Source: Planctomycetota bacterium (GTDB lineage: Bacteria; Planctomycetota; MHYJ01; WSZJ01). Taken from it: DNA of 64,000 bases. The stretch is taken from contig JBBTCT010000007.1 in NCBI GenBank assembly GCA_038060895.1, positions 196,023-260,022 of the forward strand, read 5' to 3'. Positions 9,545 through 18,548 of this stretch are shown piece after piece (position 1 is the first letter of the stretch; each line of letters starts with the position of its first letter). The position numbers were made by a program, and so were the translations under genes. Under the pieces are notes generated by a model. It worked only from the letters and a program-made list of their open reading frames with translations. It was not told where the DNA came from and searched no databases.

Positions 9545-11251
9545 TCAAACCCCCCCACTTCTCCACATCGCCGCAAACAGGGTCAACCCCAGGAATCCCG
9601 CCGTCATCGCACCGAGCACCCCCACCATCTGGGACAGCGCCACCCCATGCCAGGCCGGTCCCACCGGCGTAATCAGAAGCATCGCGCTTCCGATGAGCAC
9701 TCCCGCCATCACCAGCCCCGTCGCAACCCGGTTCGACGACCGATTCCCGTCCCGAACCAGCCGCTCCTGGTCCCGAAGGTGAGCCGCCACCTCGAACTCA
9801 CCTTTGCGCAATTGCGTCAGGATCCGGCTGACTTCGCCCGGAAGAGTCCTCAGGAGCGCGCCGTAGTCTTCGACGGCGTGGCGGAGTTCCCTGCCGATCA
9901 CCTTGAAGCGGGCCAGGCGCTCGAGGTAGGTTTTGACGATGAAGGGGCGGATTTCGGCGATGAGGTCGAGGGAGGGGTCGAGCTGGCGGGCAATCCCTTC
10001 GGCGGTAGCGAGTGCCTTGCCGAGGAGGTGGACGTCGGGGGGGACGCGGATCTGGTGGCGCGCGAGTGTCTCGTACAGCTCCGCGAAGAATTTACCCATG
10101 TCGACGCGCCCGAGCGGTATTTCGGCATACCGCTCGATCAGGTCCTGCGCGTCCAGGCGCAGCCGGCGCATGTCGACGTCGTCGCCCAGGATCCCCATGT
10201 GCCGGAACGTGCGCACGACCTTCTCCGGGTCCTTCCCCACGACCCCCGCCATGAAGCTGAGAAGCTCGTCGAGACGTTCTTCGTCCAGCGCCCCGACCAG
10301 TCCGTAATCCACGAGGCAGAGCTTGTCGCCGGGAAGCACGAAGAAGTTGCCGGGATGGGGGTCGCCGTGGAAGAAGCCGTGCTTGAAGATCTGCATGAGG
10401 ACGTAGTTCACGCCGCTGCGCGCCAGCTTCGGCAGGTCATGTCCCGCCTTCCGCAGCTCCTCGAGGTTCGTGATCTTGATCCCCTCGATGAACTCGACCG
10501 TCAGCAATTTCTTGGTGCAGAGTTCCGGGAACACCTGGGGCACCACGAAGCGCTCGTCTCCGCCGAAGTTGCGCGCGAACTTCTGGATGTTGAACGCCTC
10601 GCGCGTGAAGTCGATCTCGCGCGTGATCGACCGCGCAAACTCCGCCACCACCGCCTTCGGGTGGTAGGGGCGCGACTCCGGCAGATTCTCCTCGAGCAGG
10701 TGCGCCAGCTTTCCCATGATGTCGATGTCCGTCTTGATCATCCGCTCCAGGCCCGGGCGCCGTACTTTCACGACGACCTTGTGCCCGGACTTCAGCGTCG
10801 CCCGGTGCACCTGGGCAATCGACCCGGCGGCGAGGGGTTCGCGCTCAAAGTGTGCGAAGACCTCCCCGACTTTCTGCTTCAACTCCGCCTCGACTTCCTC
10901 CAGCGCCGCCGCGGCCCCGAACGGAGGCACCCGGTCCTCCAGCCGCCGCAGTTCCGTCACGAGCGAAAGCGGCACAAGATCAGGCCGCGTCGCCATGATC
11001 TGCCCGAGCTTCACGAACGTCGGCCCCATCTCCTCCATCGCCATCCGGATCCGCTCTTCCGTCGTGTGCCCCTCGTCCGGGCGGTAGCGGTTGAACGTGA
11101 CGACCTTGAGGAGCATCCGCGAAACACCCTCGAGCCCGAGACGCGCGAGCACGTCGGCGAACCCGTGACGCGTGAGGACGCCGAGAATGTGGCGCCCGCG
11201 GCCGAGGTTGCGGAGGGTCTGGGGGAGTCTTGTGAGGGAACCGAGGTCCAT
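9545..11251 (-). CDS. ABC1/AarF/UbiB family atypical kinase
   Basis: GPTFVKLGQ, AAGSIAQVHRA, VVVKVRRPG, FFHGDPHPGN, DYG, two C-terminal TMs; start reassigned to MDLGSL at 11251. Confidence 0.92.
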   Translation of the reverse strand: MDLGSLTRLPQTLRNLGRGRHILGVLTRHGFADVLARLGLEGVSRMLLKVVTFNRYRPDEGHTTEERIRMAMEEMGPTFVKLGQIMATRPDLVPLSLVTELRRLEDRVPPFGAAAALEEVEAELKQKVGEVFAHFEREPLAAGSIAQVHRATLKSGHKVVVKVRRPGLERMIKTDIDIMGKLAHLLEENLPESRPYHPKAVVAEFARSITREIDFTREAFNIQKFARNFGGDERFVVPQVFPELCTKKLLTVEFIEGIKITNLEELRKAGHDLPKLARSGVNYVLMQIFKHGFFHGDPHPGNFFVLPGDKLCLVDYGLVGALDEERLDELLSFMAGVVGKDPEKVVRTFRHMGILGDDVDMRRLRLDAQDLIERYAEIPLGRVDMGKFFAELYETLARHQIRVPPDVHLLGKALATAEGIARQLDPSLDLIAEIRPFIVKTYLERLARFKVIGRELRHAVEDYGALLRTLPGEVSRILTQLRKGEFEVAAHLRDQERLVRDGNRSSNRVATGLVMAGVLIGSAMLLITPVGPAWHGVALSQMVGVLGAMTAGFLGLTLFAAMWRSGGV

Positions 11252-11313
11252 GGAAGAGAGGCTATTGGTGCAGACGGGGGCGGGAGGCGCAAGGGGTAAA
11301 GGCGAAAGAAACT

Positions 11314-11820
11314 CCAACTCCAACCCCAACTCCAAATCACGACTTGGCGGAGCCGCAACCCATGACAGCGGAGGCTCCGCCTGCTGTTGACGAATGCTGG
11401 CGCGGTGAGTTGCCCATTGCTGGTTGTCAGGGAGTTTGGGGTTGGGAGTTCCGGAAGTTGCGTTCCGAGTTCGGAGTTCCGGGTTCCGCGTGGGGTTGGG
11501 AGTTCAGCGTTTCGCGTTGGCGGGAGCGGTGAGCGCCGGTCAGCGTTGGCTGCGGCGCCGACACGAAACACCAAACCCGGAACCCCACACGGAACCCGGA
11601 ACACGGAACTCGGAACACAACTTCCGGAACTCGAAACTCCGAACCCACCGACAACTCCAGACTCCGGTCTCCCCGTGCGGCTGAGCGGCAACCGATGAGC
11701 GCGAGGTTTCCGGGACACATAGGTGCCCGCCGCACACATGTTCAAGACAAGGGCTCCAAAACGACGCGACCAAACTACAGCTGTTTTGGAGTTGGGGTTG
11801 GAGTTGGGATTTGGGATTTG
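11314..11820. repeat. Nested inverted repeats of hexamer/heptamer tandem units
   Basis: Exact 23-bp IR 11314-11336/11785-11807 (ccaactccaaccccaactccaaa) enclosing an imperfect ~95-bp IR 11431-11527/11551-11646 made of GGAAC(C/T/A)C units. Confidence 0.85.
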
Positions 11821-12098
11821 TCGTTCAGGGGCCGCCGCGAAATCTCAACTTCCAGTTCCTTCACCCGCGCGCTCAGCTCCTCAACCTTCTTCGCCAGAGC
11901 TTCCACTTCAATCCTCCGGCATAACCCCGCCCTCTCAAACACTTTCCCGAACGCCCCCTCCGCCTCTTCCCTCGCCTTCTTCGTCGCCGCCACCGCGTCC
12001 TCGACCAGCTGGCGCGCCTCCGGACCCCCCTGCGCACCAAGGCGCCGAAGGTCTTCTTCGCTCGTAAAAATCAGCTCCATCAGGTCGGAGAGATCCAT
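11775..12098 (-). CDS. Phasin-like small coiled-coil protein
   Basis: EARQLVED...GKVFERAGLCRRIEVEALAKKVEELSARVKELE; upstream of an ABC1 kinase, a common pairing. Confidence 0.6.
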   Translation of the reverse strand: MDLSDLMELIFTSEEDLRRLGAQGGPEARQLVEDAVAATKKAREEAEGAFGKVFERAGLCRRIEVEALAKKVEELSARVKELEVEISRRPLNDKSQIPTPTPTPKQL

Positions 12099-13012
12099 CA
12101 GGTGGTCCTCGTCACAATCGCCCGCCGAACGACGTCGCTCATCTTCAAAACCCCCACCGGCTTCCCCTGCTTCAGCACGATCGCCGCATTCCGCCCGAGC
12201 CGCGACAGCGTCATCGTCGCTTCAAGAAGGCTCGTCTCCTCCTGAAGCGTCGGGACGCCGGGGTCGATGCAGTTCACGACGGCGAGGTCGCCGTGGTGCT
12301 TGAGGAAGTCCTCGAAGGGCGCCTGCGTGGAGAGGACGGCGGGCGAACCGGCGTAGGAGAGGTACGTGTGGATGCCCTTTCGGACGACGGCTCTCGGGGT
12401 CAGGCCGCCGACCCAGTTTCCCGCGTCGTCGACGACCGGCACGACGTCAGCGCCGCTCGCAACCAGGACGTCGAGCCCCTCCTTGAGAGTCGATTTGGCG
12501 CGGATCGCCCCCGGGTGCGGCCCCATGATGTCCCTCACGAACGTCGCTTCCCGGACGCGCACGCCGGTCCCGTCGATGTAGTCCCAGATTTCTTCGGCGG
12601 AGGTCGCGGTCGCGACCTCTTCGACGTGGTTGAGGTTCTTGAAGAGCGTGGAGAAGGCTGCGAGAGTCTGGAGGTAGGTCGCGGAATGGGTCTTCGGAAT
12701 GACGAAGAGAACGACGACCTTCGCAATGCCGTCGGGGCCCGGGCCGAAGGCGACGCCCTTGGAATGCGTCCCGAGGACGACCCAGACGCGGCCGACGCGG
12801 TCGGTGCGGGCGTGGGGGAATGCGACACCGTGACCCATCGTGAAGCCGCCGAACTTCTCGCGGGCGGAGACGGCGGCCATCACGTCGGCCTCGATGTCCT
12901 GCTGCGCGACGGCGGAGAGGCGCTTGACCATCTCGCGAAGGGCGGGCTCCTTCTCGGAGGAGGCGAGGGGGCAGGAGATGAGCTTGGGGGAGAGGAGGGA
13001 GCTCAGGCGCAT
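12098..13012 (-). CDS. PTS EIIA (Fru/Ntr-type) domain plus CBS-pair protein
   Basis: REKFGGFTMGHGVAFPHAR phospho-His motif, then CBS pair (VRDIMG...VPVVDDAGNWVG; GKPVGVL). Start reassigned to MRLSSLL at 13012. Confidence 0.88.
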   Translation of the reverse strand: MRLSSLLSPKLISCPLASSEKEPALREMVKRLSAVAQQDIEADVMAAVSAREKFGGFTMGHGVAFPHARTDRVGRVWVVLGTHSKGVAFGPGPDGIAKVVVLFVIPKTHSATYLQTLAAFSTLFKNLNHVEEVATATSAEEIWDYIDGTGVRVREATFVRDIMGPHPGAIRAKSTLKEGLDVLVASGADVVPVVDDAGNWVGGLTPRAVVRKGIHTYLSYAGSPAVLSTQAPFEDFLKHHGDLAVVNCIDPGVPTLQEETSLLEATMTLSRLGRNAAIVLKQGKPVGVLKMSDVVRRAIVTRTT

Positions 13013-13059
13013 GTTGGGGAGGGTAATCCTGGAAAGCGGGGGGGGAAGGGAAAGACCAC

Positions 13060-13148
13060 GGCAAATCCCAAGTTCCGACTCCAACTCGAAATCCCAAAAC
13101 GGCGCTTTCGAACCATGGCTGTTTTGGAGTTGGGATTTGGGATTTGCC
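13060..13148. repeat. Short-period palindromic repeat (same family as 11314-11820 and 56030-56115)
   Basis: ggcaaatcccaa...ttgggatttgcc; shares gctgttttggagttgg and gatttgggatttg with 11780-11820. Confidence 0.8.
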
Positions 13149-13167
13149 CTGGCATTTTTGTTCGCCG

Positions 13168-14037
13168 CTAGGTGAGGATGTCCCGCTTCACGAAGATCCC
13201 GTACGCCGCGCCAAGAAACACCACGCCGCTCAACAGCGGAACCATCCACGTCCTCTGGATCTCCTCGTCCTCCCACTTCCGGTCCGAATACCCCTCCGCC
13301 CGGTGCTTGGCAACCGTGAGCCCGTACTCGAGAGAGTGGCTGAAGACGTACTTGCCGGCCTGCCGGTCGACGGTGGCGAAGCCGTAGAGGGCGATCGCCA
13401 GGAACATGGCAAGGCCTACCGCCGCGCCGGTGTTGTCGAAGATCGAGCTGATGAGCAGGCCGAAGAAGCCGGAGGCGAGAAGCGGGAGAATCGAAAGCGT
13501 CATCGCGAGGCGGAAGTCGGCGGCGAGAACTTCCTTGGCGCGGTTCGGGTCGGAGAGGACTTCCTCCCCCATGAGCGTGTAGCGGCCCTCGTTGAGCGGC
13601 GACAGGTAGCTCCCGTCGCGCCAGAACCCGTGAACGAGGTGGAGCATGAGGTAGCTCAGGAGGGCGGTGGCGATGAAAAGCACGATCACGACGACGGCGA
13701 TGACCAGCGCCTTCGAAATAAAAACATCGGTACGCGTGACGGGCCGCACGAGGATCATCCGGTACGTCCCCTGCGACGCCTCCCCCGACAGGCTCAGGCT
13801 CGCGATCACCACCGCGAAAACCGAGACGAGACGAAGCGCCCACAGGCACGACGTCTCCAGGTACTCGAACCCGTTGCGGATCCGCGGATCCGCCACCGCT
13901 TCCCCCTGCACGTCCAGCCCCCTCACCATCACCAGGAGAATGGACGCCACGATCGGGAACAGGACGACATAGGGAAGCTTCTGGCGGAACAGTTTCGCCA
14001 TCTCGAAACGGACCAGCCGGCCCACGCGGGACATCAT
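13168..14037 (-). CDS. ABC-2 type transporter permease
   Basis: Several TMs, SGEASQGTYRMILVRPVTRTDVFISK motif; ATGA overlap with the ATPase gene. Confidence 0.88.
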   Translation of the reverse strand: MMSRVGRLVRFEMAKLFRQKLPYVVLFPIVASILLVMVRGLDVQGEAVADPRIRNGFEYLETSCLWALRLVSVFAVVIASLSLSGEASQGTYRMILVRPVTRTDVFISKALVIAVVVIVLFIATALLSYLMLHLVHGFWRDGSYLSPLNEGRYTLMGEEVLSDPNRAKEVLAADFRLAMTLSILPLLASGFFGLLISSIFDNTGAAVGLAMFLAIALYGFATVDRQAGKYVFSHSLEYGLTVAKHRAEGYSDRKWEDEEIQRTWMVPLLSGVVFLGAAYGIFVKRDILT

Positions 14038-14993
14038 GCGTGCCTCTTTCGCCCGGTCTCGGCCAGGAAGATTTCCTCGAGGGTCTCGCGCCCCGGCGTC
14101 AGCTCCCAGATCTTGCACCCTGCCGCGTGCAACGCCGCGGCGATGTCGACCAGCGCCTCGGGTCCGCACTTGAGCCTGAATGCGCGATCCTGCATGCCGA
14201 CCACGTGGACCTTCCGGAGGGCGAAAACTTTCTCCGCTTCCTCGAACGGCTCCGCCCGGACCCGGGCGAGAGCCTTGGCATGCTCGAGCATTCTCCGGAC
14301 ATTGTCCTGCACGCGCAGTTTTCCGTGGTGAACGATCGCGACGCGGTTGCAGGTCAGCTCGATTTCATGGAGGAGGTGGGAAGAGATGAGGAAGGTCACG
14401 CCGAAGTCGCGGTTCAGGCGCTGGATGAGCTGGCGGATGTCGATGATTCCCTGGGGGTCCAGTCCGTTGGTCGGCTCGTCGAGGATGATGAGCTCGGGTT
14501 TCGTGAGAAGGGCCTGGGCGAGCCCGAGGCGCTGTCGCATTCCCTGCGAATAGCCGCGCACACGGTCGCCGCCGCGGTCCTCCAGGCCGACGAGCGCGAG
14601 GCACTCATCCACGCGCGCGCTGTCGGTGCCGCCGGAGAGGCCGTAGAGCAGCTCGAGATTTTTTTTCCCGGTCAGGTACGGATAGAACTGCGGGATCTCC
14701 ACCATCGCGCCGATCCGGTTGAGCACGGCCAGCGAGTTCTCGCGCACGTCCTCCCCGAAGGCCAGGACGCGACCGGACGTCGGCGCAATCAGGCGGACAA
14801 TCATCCGGATCGTCGTCGTCTTCCCCGCGCCATTCAGGCCGAGAAGGCCGTAGATGTCGCCGCGCCGAACTTCGAGGTTGAGGTCGTCCACGGCGGTCAG
14901 GGCGCCGAAGCGCTTCGTCAGCCCCTCCGTGCGAAGCACGACCTCCTTGAGGGCCGTGTCGGGCGATGCGGGGTGAAGAGCGGCGGATTCCAT
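14034..14993 (-). CDS. ABC transporter ATP-binding protein
   Basis: Walker A GLNGAGKTT, signature YSQGMRQR, Walker B IILDEPTNGLD, H-loop SSH. Confidence 0.95.
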   Translation of the reverse strand: MESAALHPASPDTALKEVVLRTEGLTKRFGALTAVDDLNLEVRRGDIYGLLGLNGAGKTTTIRMIVRLIAPTSGRVLAFGEDVRENSLAVLNRIGAMVEIPQFYPYLTGKKNLELLYGLSGGTDSARVDECLALVGLEDRGGDRVRGYSQGMRQRLGLAQALLTKPELIILDEPTNGLDPQGIIDIRQLIQRLNRDFGVTFLISSHLLHEIELTCNRVAIVHHGKLRVQDNVRRMLEHAKALARVRAEPFEEAEKVFALRKVHVVGMQDRAFRLKCGPEALVDIAAALHAAGCKIWELTPGRETLEEIFLAETGRKRHA

Positions 14994-15035
14994 GGACGGC
15001 AGTTTGGAGCCGGAAGTCGGGAGAGGCAACATCAA

Positions 15036-15824
15036 CTACCCGCGGGCCTTCTTCACGAAGCGACTCGCCCGGGCGGCGTCAACGGGTGCGTCGGGAACGC
15101 CTCCCTCCTTGATCGCGGTCCCGACGATCACTCCGTCGCATTTCTTCAGCGTCGCCCGGATCGTCGCTTCCGTCACGCCACTCCCCGCAAACACCGGGGC
15201 CCCGCCGCGCGCCGCCTCGTCGTAGTCCTTCGGGTCCGCGGCGTAACCCGTGGCGCTGCCCGTCACGACGATCACGTCGGCGAGGCCGCGATGGACGGCG
15301 TCGGAGGCTTCTTCGTGAAGCGGCCTCGGCGCGAGGGGGGCGGAGTGCTTCACGCCGACGTCGGCGAGGATGCCGCATTCGGGGCAGAGCCGGGCGCGGA
15401 GGCGGCACGTTTCGGCGGCGCGCCCCTCGATGATGCCCTGGTCGGTGAGCTGGGCGCCGACGTGGACGTTGACCCTGATGAAGCGCGCGCCGGTTGAGGC
15501 GCAGACGGCGAGGCCGGCGTGGGCGTCGTTGCGGAGGGCGTTGACGCCGACGGGGATGCTCACGGCGCGCAGGACTTCGCTGACGCAGCGCGTCAATGCG
15601 GCAACGGTCTCGGGGGGCAGGTCTGCCTTGAAAAACGGGAAATCGCCGTAGTTCTCAACGATGAGCGCGTCGAGCCCGCCGGCCTCGATCGCCCGCGCGT
15701 CGATCAGCGCGCGCTTGAGCACCGCCGTCATGGACGTGTGCCGCGGAGCGCCGGGAAGCGGCAGGAGGTGAACCATGCCGACCAGCGGCTTCGGATGGCG
15801 GAAGAGACGTTCGAGGGTGCTCAT
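15036..15824 (-). CDS. BtpA/SgcQ family TIM-barrel protein
   Basis: GMVHLLPLPGAP, IVENYGDFPF, GVNALRND, ADVGVKHS, VTGSATG. Confidence 0.92.
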   Translation of the reverse strand: MSTLERLFRHPKPLVGMVHLLPLPGAPRHTSMTAVLKRALIDARAIEAGGLDALIVENYGDFPFFKADLPPETVAALTRCVSEVLRAVSIPVGVNALRNDAHAGLAVCASTGARFIRVNVHVGAQLTDQGIIEGRAAETCRLRARLCPECGILADVGVKHSAPLAPRPLHEEASDAVHRGLADVIVVTGSATGYAADPKDYDEAARGGAPVFAGSGVTEATIRATLKKCDGVIVGTAIKEGGVPDAPVDAARASRFVKKARG

Positions 15825-15850
15825 GCGCGAGAGTCTAGTGCGCTGCCGCA

Positions 15851-15946
15851 CAAACCCGAAACACGAAACTAGGGACGGAACCCGGAACGCGGAACCCGGA
15901 ACGCGGAACCCGGAACGCGGAACTCAACTTCCGGAACCGGAAACTC
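15851..15946. repeat. Heptamer tandem repeat (GGAACCC/GGAACGC)
   Basis: ggaacccggaacgc repeated three times then ggaactcaacttccggaac; similar to arm 11551-11646. Confidence 0.85.
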
Positions 15947-17067
15947 TAAACCGTCCTGGGCCCCGCCCCTGTGTACACCGCCGCAGGCCGGTACAGCTTG
16001 TGGTCGTCCCACAACTCCAGCATGTGCGCGCCCCATCCGAACACCCGCGCCATGGCAAACAGCGTCGTGAAAAACTCCGGCGGAATGCCCAGCGCCGCAA
16101 AGACAGCCCCCTTGTAGAACTCGACGTTCGCGCGGATCCGCTTCCCCTGCTCCGCGAATCGCTTCTCCGCGTGCTCGTCGACGGCGATCAGCGTCTCGAC
16201 GACTTTCTCCTGCCCTTTCAGCCTCGCCAGTTCGAGCGCCATCGGCTTGAGGATGACGGCGCGCGGGTCGACAACTTTGTACTCGCGGTGGCCGAGCCCC
16301 ATGATCTTCTCCTTCGCCGCAAGCTGCTCGTCCACCCAGGCCGGCGCCTTCGCCGGGTCTCCGATCGAAAGCGCCATCCGGTACGCGGCTTCGTCCGCGC
16401 CTCCATGAAGCGGCCCGTAGAGCGCCCCGACGCAGGCCGAGAGAGCCATGGACAGCGGACAGAGCGTCGAAGCAACGGTGCGCCCCGTGAACGTCGAGGC
16501 ATTGAATCCGTGCTCCATCTGCAGGATCTGCGTCGCGTCGAGCGTCGCGACCTCCGCCGGGTGCGGCGCTTCCCCGCGCAGCATCCGCAGGAAGTCGGCA
16601 TGGATCGGAAGCGAGGGATCGGGGGCGAGGGGCGTGCGGCCGGCGCGGAGGCGGGCGAGCGCGGCGACCGTCGTGGGCAGCTTTGCGGCGATCGCGAGCA
16701 GCCCCTCGCGCTGCGCGGCGCGGTTTTCCAGCCTGGGGGCAGACTTTGCGGAGGCGTCGTCGAGCAGGGGCAGGACGACCTGGAGCGCGGTCATCGGGTG
16801 AGTCTCTCGCGGGAGGCGCGAGAGAACGTCTGCTGCCGCGGGCGGCAGCGCGCGCGGCTGGGCCAGGGATCGTTCAAACTCCCGTCGGGAGTCGGGGGTC
16901 GGGAGCTCGCCGTCGAGGACGAGGCAGGCGACGTCGAGGAACGAGCAGTGACTGACCAGGTCGGCAATCGAGTAGCCGCGGTAGCGAAGTTCGCCGCGTT
17001 CGCCGTCGATGTCCGAGATGGAAGTGGTGTCCGCCGGGACGCCGGCGAGGCCTTTGGGCAGGGTCAT
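15946..17067 (-). CDS. Citrate/2-methylcitrate synthase family protein
   Basis: GLAGV, LRYRGY, EHGFNAST, GPLHGGA, MGLGHREYK..DPRA, NVEFY. Confidence 0.92.
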   Translation of the reverse strand: MTLPKGLAGVPADTTSISDIDGERGELRYRGYSIADLVSHCSFLDVACLVLDGELPTPDSRREFERSLAQPRALPPAAADVLSRLPRETHPMTALQVVLPLLDDASAKSAPRLENRAAQREGLLAIAAKLPTTVAALARLRAGRTPLAPDPSLPIHADFLRMLRGEAPHPAEVATLDATQILQMEHGFNASTFTGRTVASTLCPLSMALSACVGALYGPLHGGADEAAYRMALSIGDPAKAPAWVDEQLAAKEKIMGLGHREYKVVDPRAVILKPMALELARLKGQEKVVETLIAVDEHAEKRFAEQGKRIRANVEFYKGAVFAALGIPPEFFTTLFAMARVFGWGAHMLELWDDHKLYRPAAVYTGAGPRTV

Positions 17068-17174
17068 GGCTGAGGCTCCGGGTGGATGGGTGGCTGGAAG
17101 GACGTTACGCCAGCGCGGCGCTGTTTTGAAATTGATTCTATTGACGATTCAATCAGTTTTGCTAATAGTCCGTC

Positions 17175-18047
17175 ATCGACTCCCATTCCCTCGCGCTCTT
17201 CAAGGCCGTCGTCGATCACCACGGCTTCGCCCGCGCCGCCGAGGCGACATGGCTGACCCAGTCCGCGGTCTCGCAGTCGATCCGCCGCCTGGAGACCGAG
17301 CTCGGTGCACCGCTTCTCACGCGCTCCCGCCCGCCCGCCACCACGCCCGCCGGAGCCCGGCTGTACCGCCACGCCGCCGACGTGCTAGGCCGCGACGCGG
17401 TCGTGCGCCGGGAGATCGATGAAATCCGCAAGGGCGGCTCCGGCGTCCTCACGCTGGGCGCTTCGCAGGCGCTCTCGCGCGAAGTGCTCCCCCGCCTGGT
17501 CCGCGCCTTTGCCCGGCGCCGCCCGCTGGCCGCGCTCCATTTCGAAACCCACCCGTCGCGCGAACTCATCCGCCTCGTCGCCGACGGGCGCTTCGAGCTC
17601 GGCCTCGGTCCGTTCCAGAAATCCATGCCGGGATTCGCCCGGGTTCCGCTGGGCCGCCAGCGCGTCATCCTCTACGTCGGCCGCGGCTCCCCCGCCCATC
17701 GCGACCTGCGCCGCGAAGGCGAGCCCTCCCTTCACCGCATCCCCCTCGTCACTTCACACCTCGACGCCCCCGGCACGCGCCCCGGCGGCGGGCGCCTGCG
17801 CGATCACTTTCGAACGGTCTGGGAGGTCCACTCCCTCGACCTGCGCCTCGAGATCGTCCGCGCCGGACTCGCCGTCGGCTACCTCCCTGAATCGAGCGTC
17901 CGCGCCGCGGGCCACAAGCGCGACTTCGTCGCCGTCAACTGGCTCGACTTCGGCGTCATCGAGCGGGAATTCGGGTTCTTCAGGATGGAGAAGCGCCCGC
18001 TGACGGAGCTGGCCGCGGAGTGGCTCGCTATCACGAAGCGCCCGTGA
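17175..18047 (+). CDS. LysR family transcriptional regulator (no ATG/GTG/TTG at expected start; ATC at 17175)
   Basis: In-frame HTH IDSHSLALFKAVVDHHGFARAAEATWLTQSAVSQSIRRLETELG begins just after in-frame stops at 17163-17168; 290 aa; divergent from citrate synthase. Confidence 0.8.
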   Translation: MDSHSLALFKAVVDHHGFARAAEATWLTQSAVSQSIRRLETELGAPLLTRSRPPATTPAGARLYRHAADVLGRDAVVRREIDEIRKGGSGVLTLGASQALSREVLPRLVRAFARRRPLAALHFETHPSRELIRLVADGRFELGLGPFQKSMPGFARVPLGRQRVILYVGRGSPAHRDLRREGEPSLHRIPLVTSHLDAPGTRPGGGRLRDHFRTVWEVHSLDLRLEIVRAGLAVGYLPESSVRAAGHKRDFVAVNWLDFGVIEREFGFFRMEKRPLTELAAEWLAITKRP

Positions 18048-18110
18048 AGTGTGCAGAAGACCTCGTTTCGGCGACAATCGCAGCTTCGACACAACTCCCT
18101 GGAGAGCGCC

Positions 18111-18548
18111 ATGGCCGAAATTGCGAAGTTGCCGGATCCCGTCGTCGTCGTGAAGGCACCGAAGACCGGGCTGCGCCTGGACATTGAGGCCGGGAAGCAC
18201 CGTCTGGTGGCGGACGAGTTGCCGGCCATCGGAGGCACCGATACCGGACCGTCACCCTACCAGCTGCTCCTGTCGGCGCTCGGCGCGTGCACGGCGATGA
18301 CGCTTCGGGTGTATTCCGAGCGCAAGAAGTGGCCGCTGGAGGAGGTCGAGGTGAGGTTGACGCAGTCGAAGGTGATCCTCGACCCGGCGGACCCGAAGAG
18401 CGGGCAGGCCGACAGGATCGTTCGCGAGATCCGTCTGACCGGGCCGTTGGACGACGAAATGCGGACGCGGCTGATGGAAGTGGCGAACAAGTGCCCGGTG
18501 CACAAGACGCTGTCGGTGGGCGCGAAGATCGAAACGAAGCCGCTCTGA
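18111..18548 (+). CDS. OsmC family protein
   Basis: DELPAIGGTDTGPSPYQLLLSALGACT and ANKCPVHKTL. Confidence 0.92.
   Translation: MAEIAKLPDPVVVVKAPKTGLRLDIEAGKHRLVADELPAIGGTDTGPSPYQLLLSALGACTAMTLRVYSERKKWPLEEVEVRLTQSKVILDPADPKSGQADRIVREIRLTGPLDDEMRTRLMEVANKCPVHKTLSVGAKIETKPL

Noticed and set aside
11427-11773. Short ORFs with repetitive peptides (e.g. SEFRVP, GTRNSE)
   Set aside because: Translations of the heptamer palindromes, seen on both strands; no independent coding evidence.
12098-13849. 583-aa ORF suggesting a long N-terminal extension on the PTS-IIA/CBS protein
   Set aside because: The extension is read-through of the permease in another frame and of the 13060 repeat; the likely start is 13012.
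15851-15946. Possible CRISPR array
   Set aside because: Contiguous 7-nt tandem units with no unique spacers and no cas genes.
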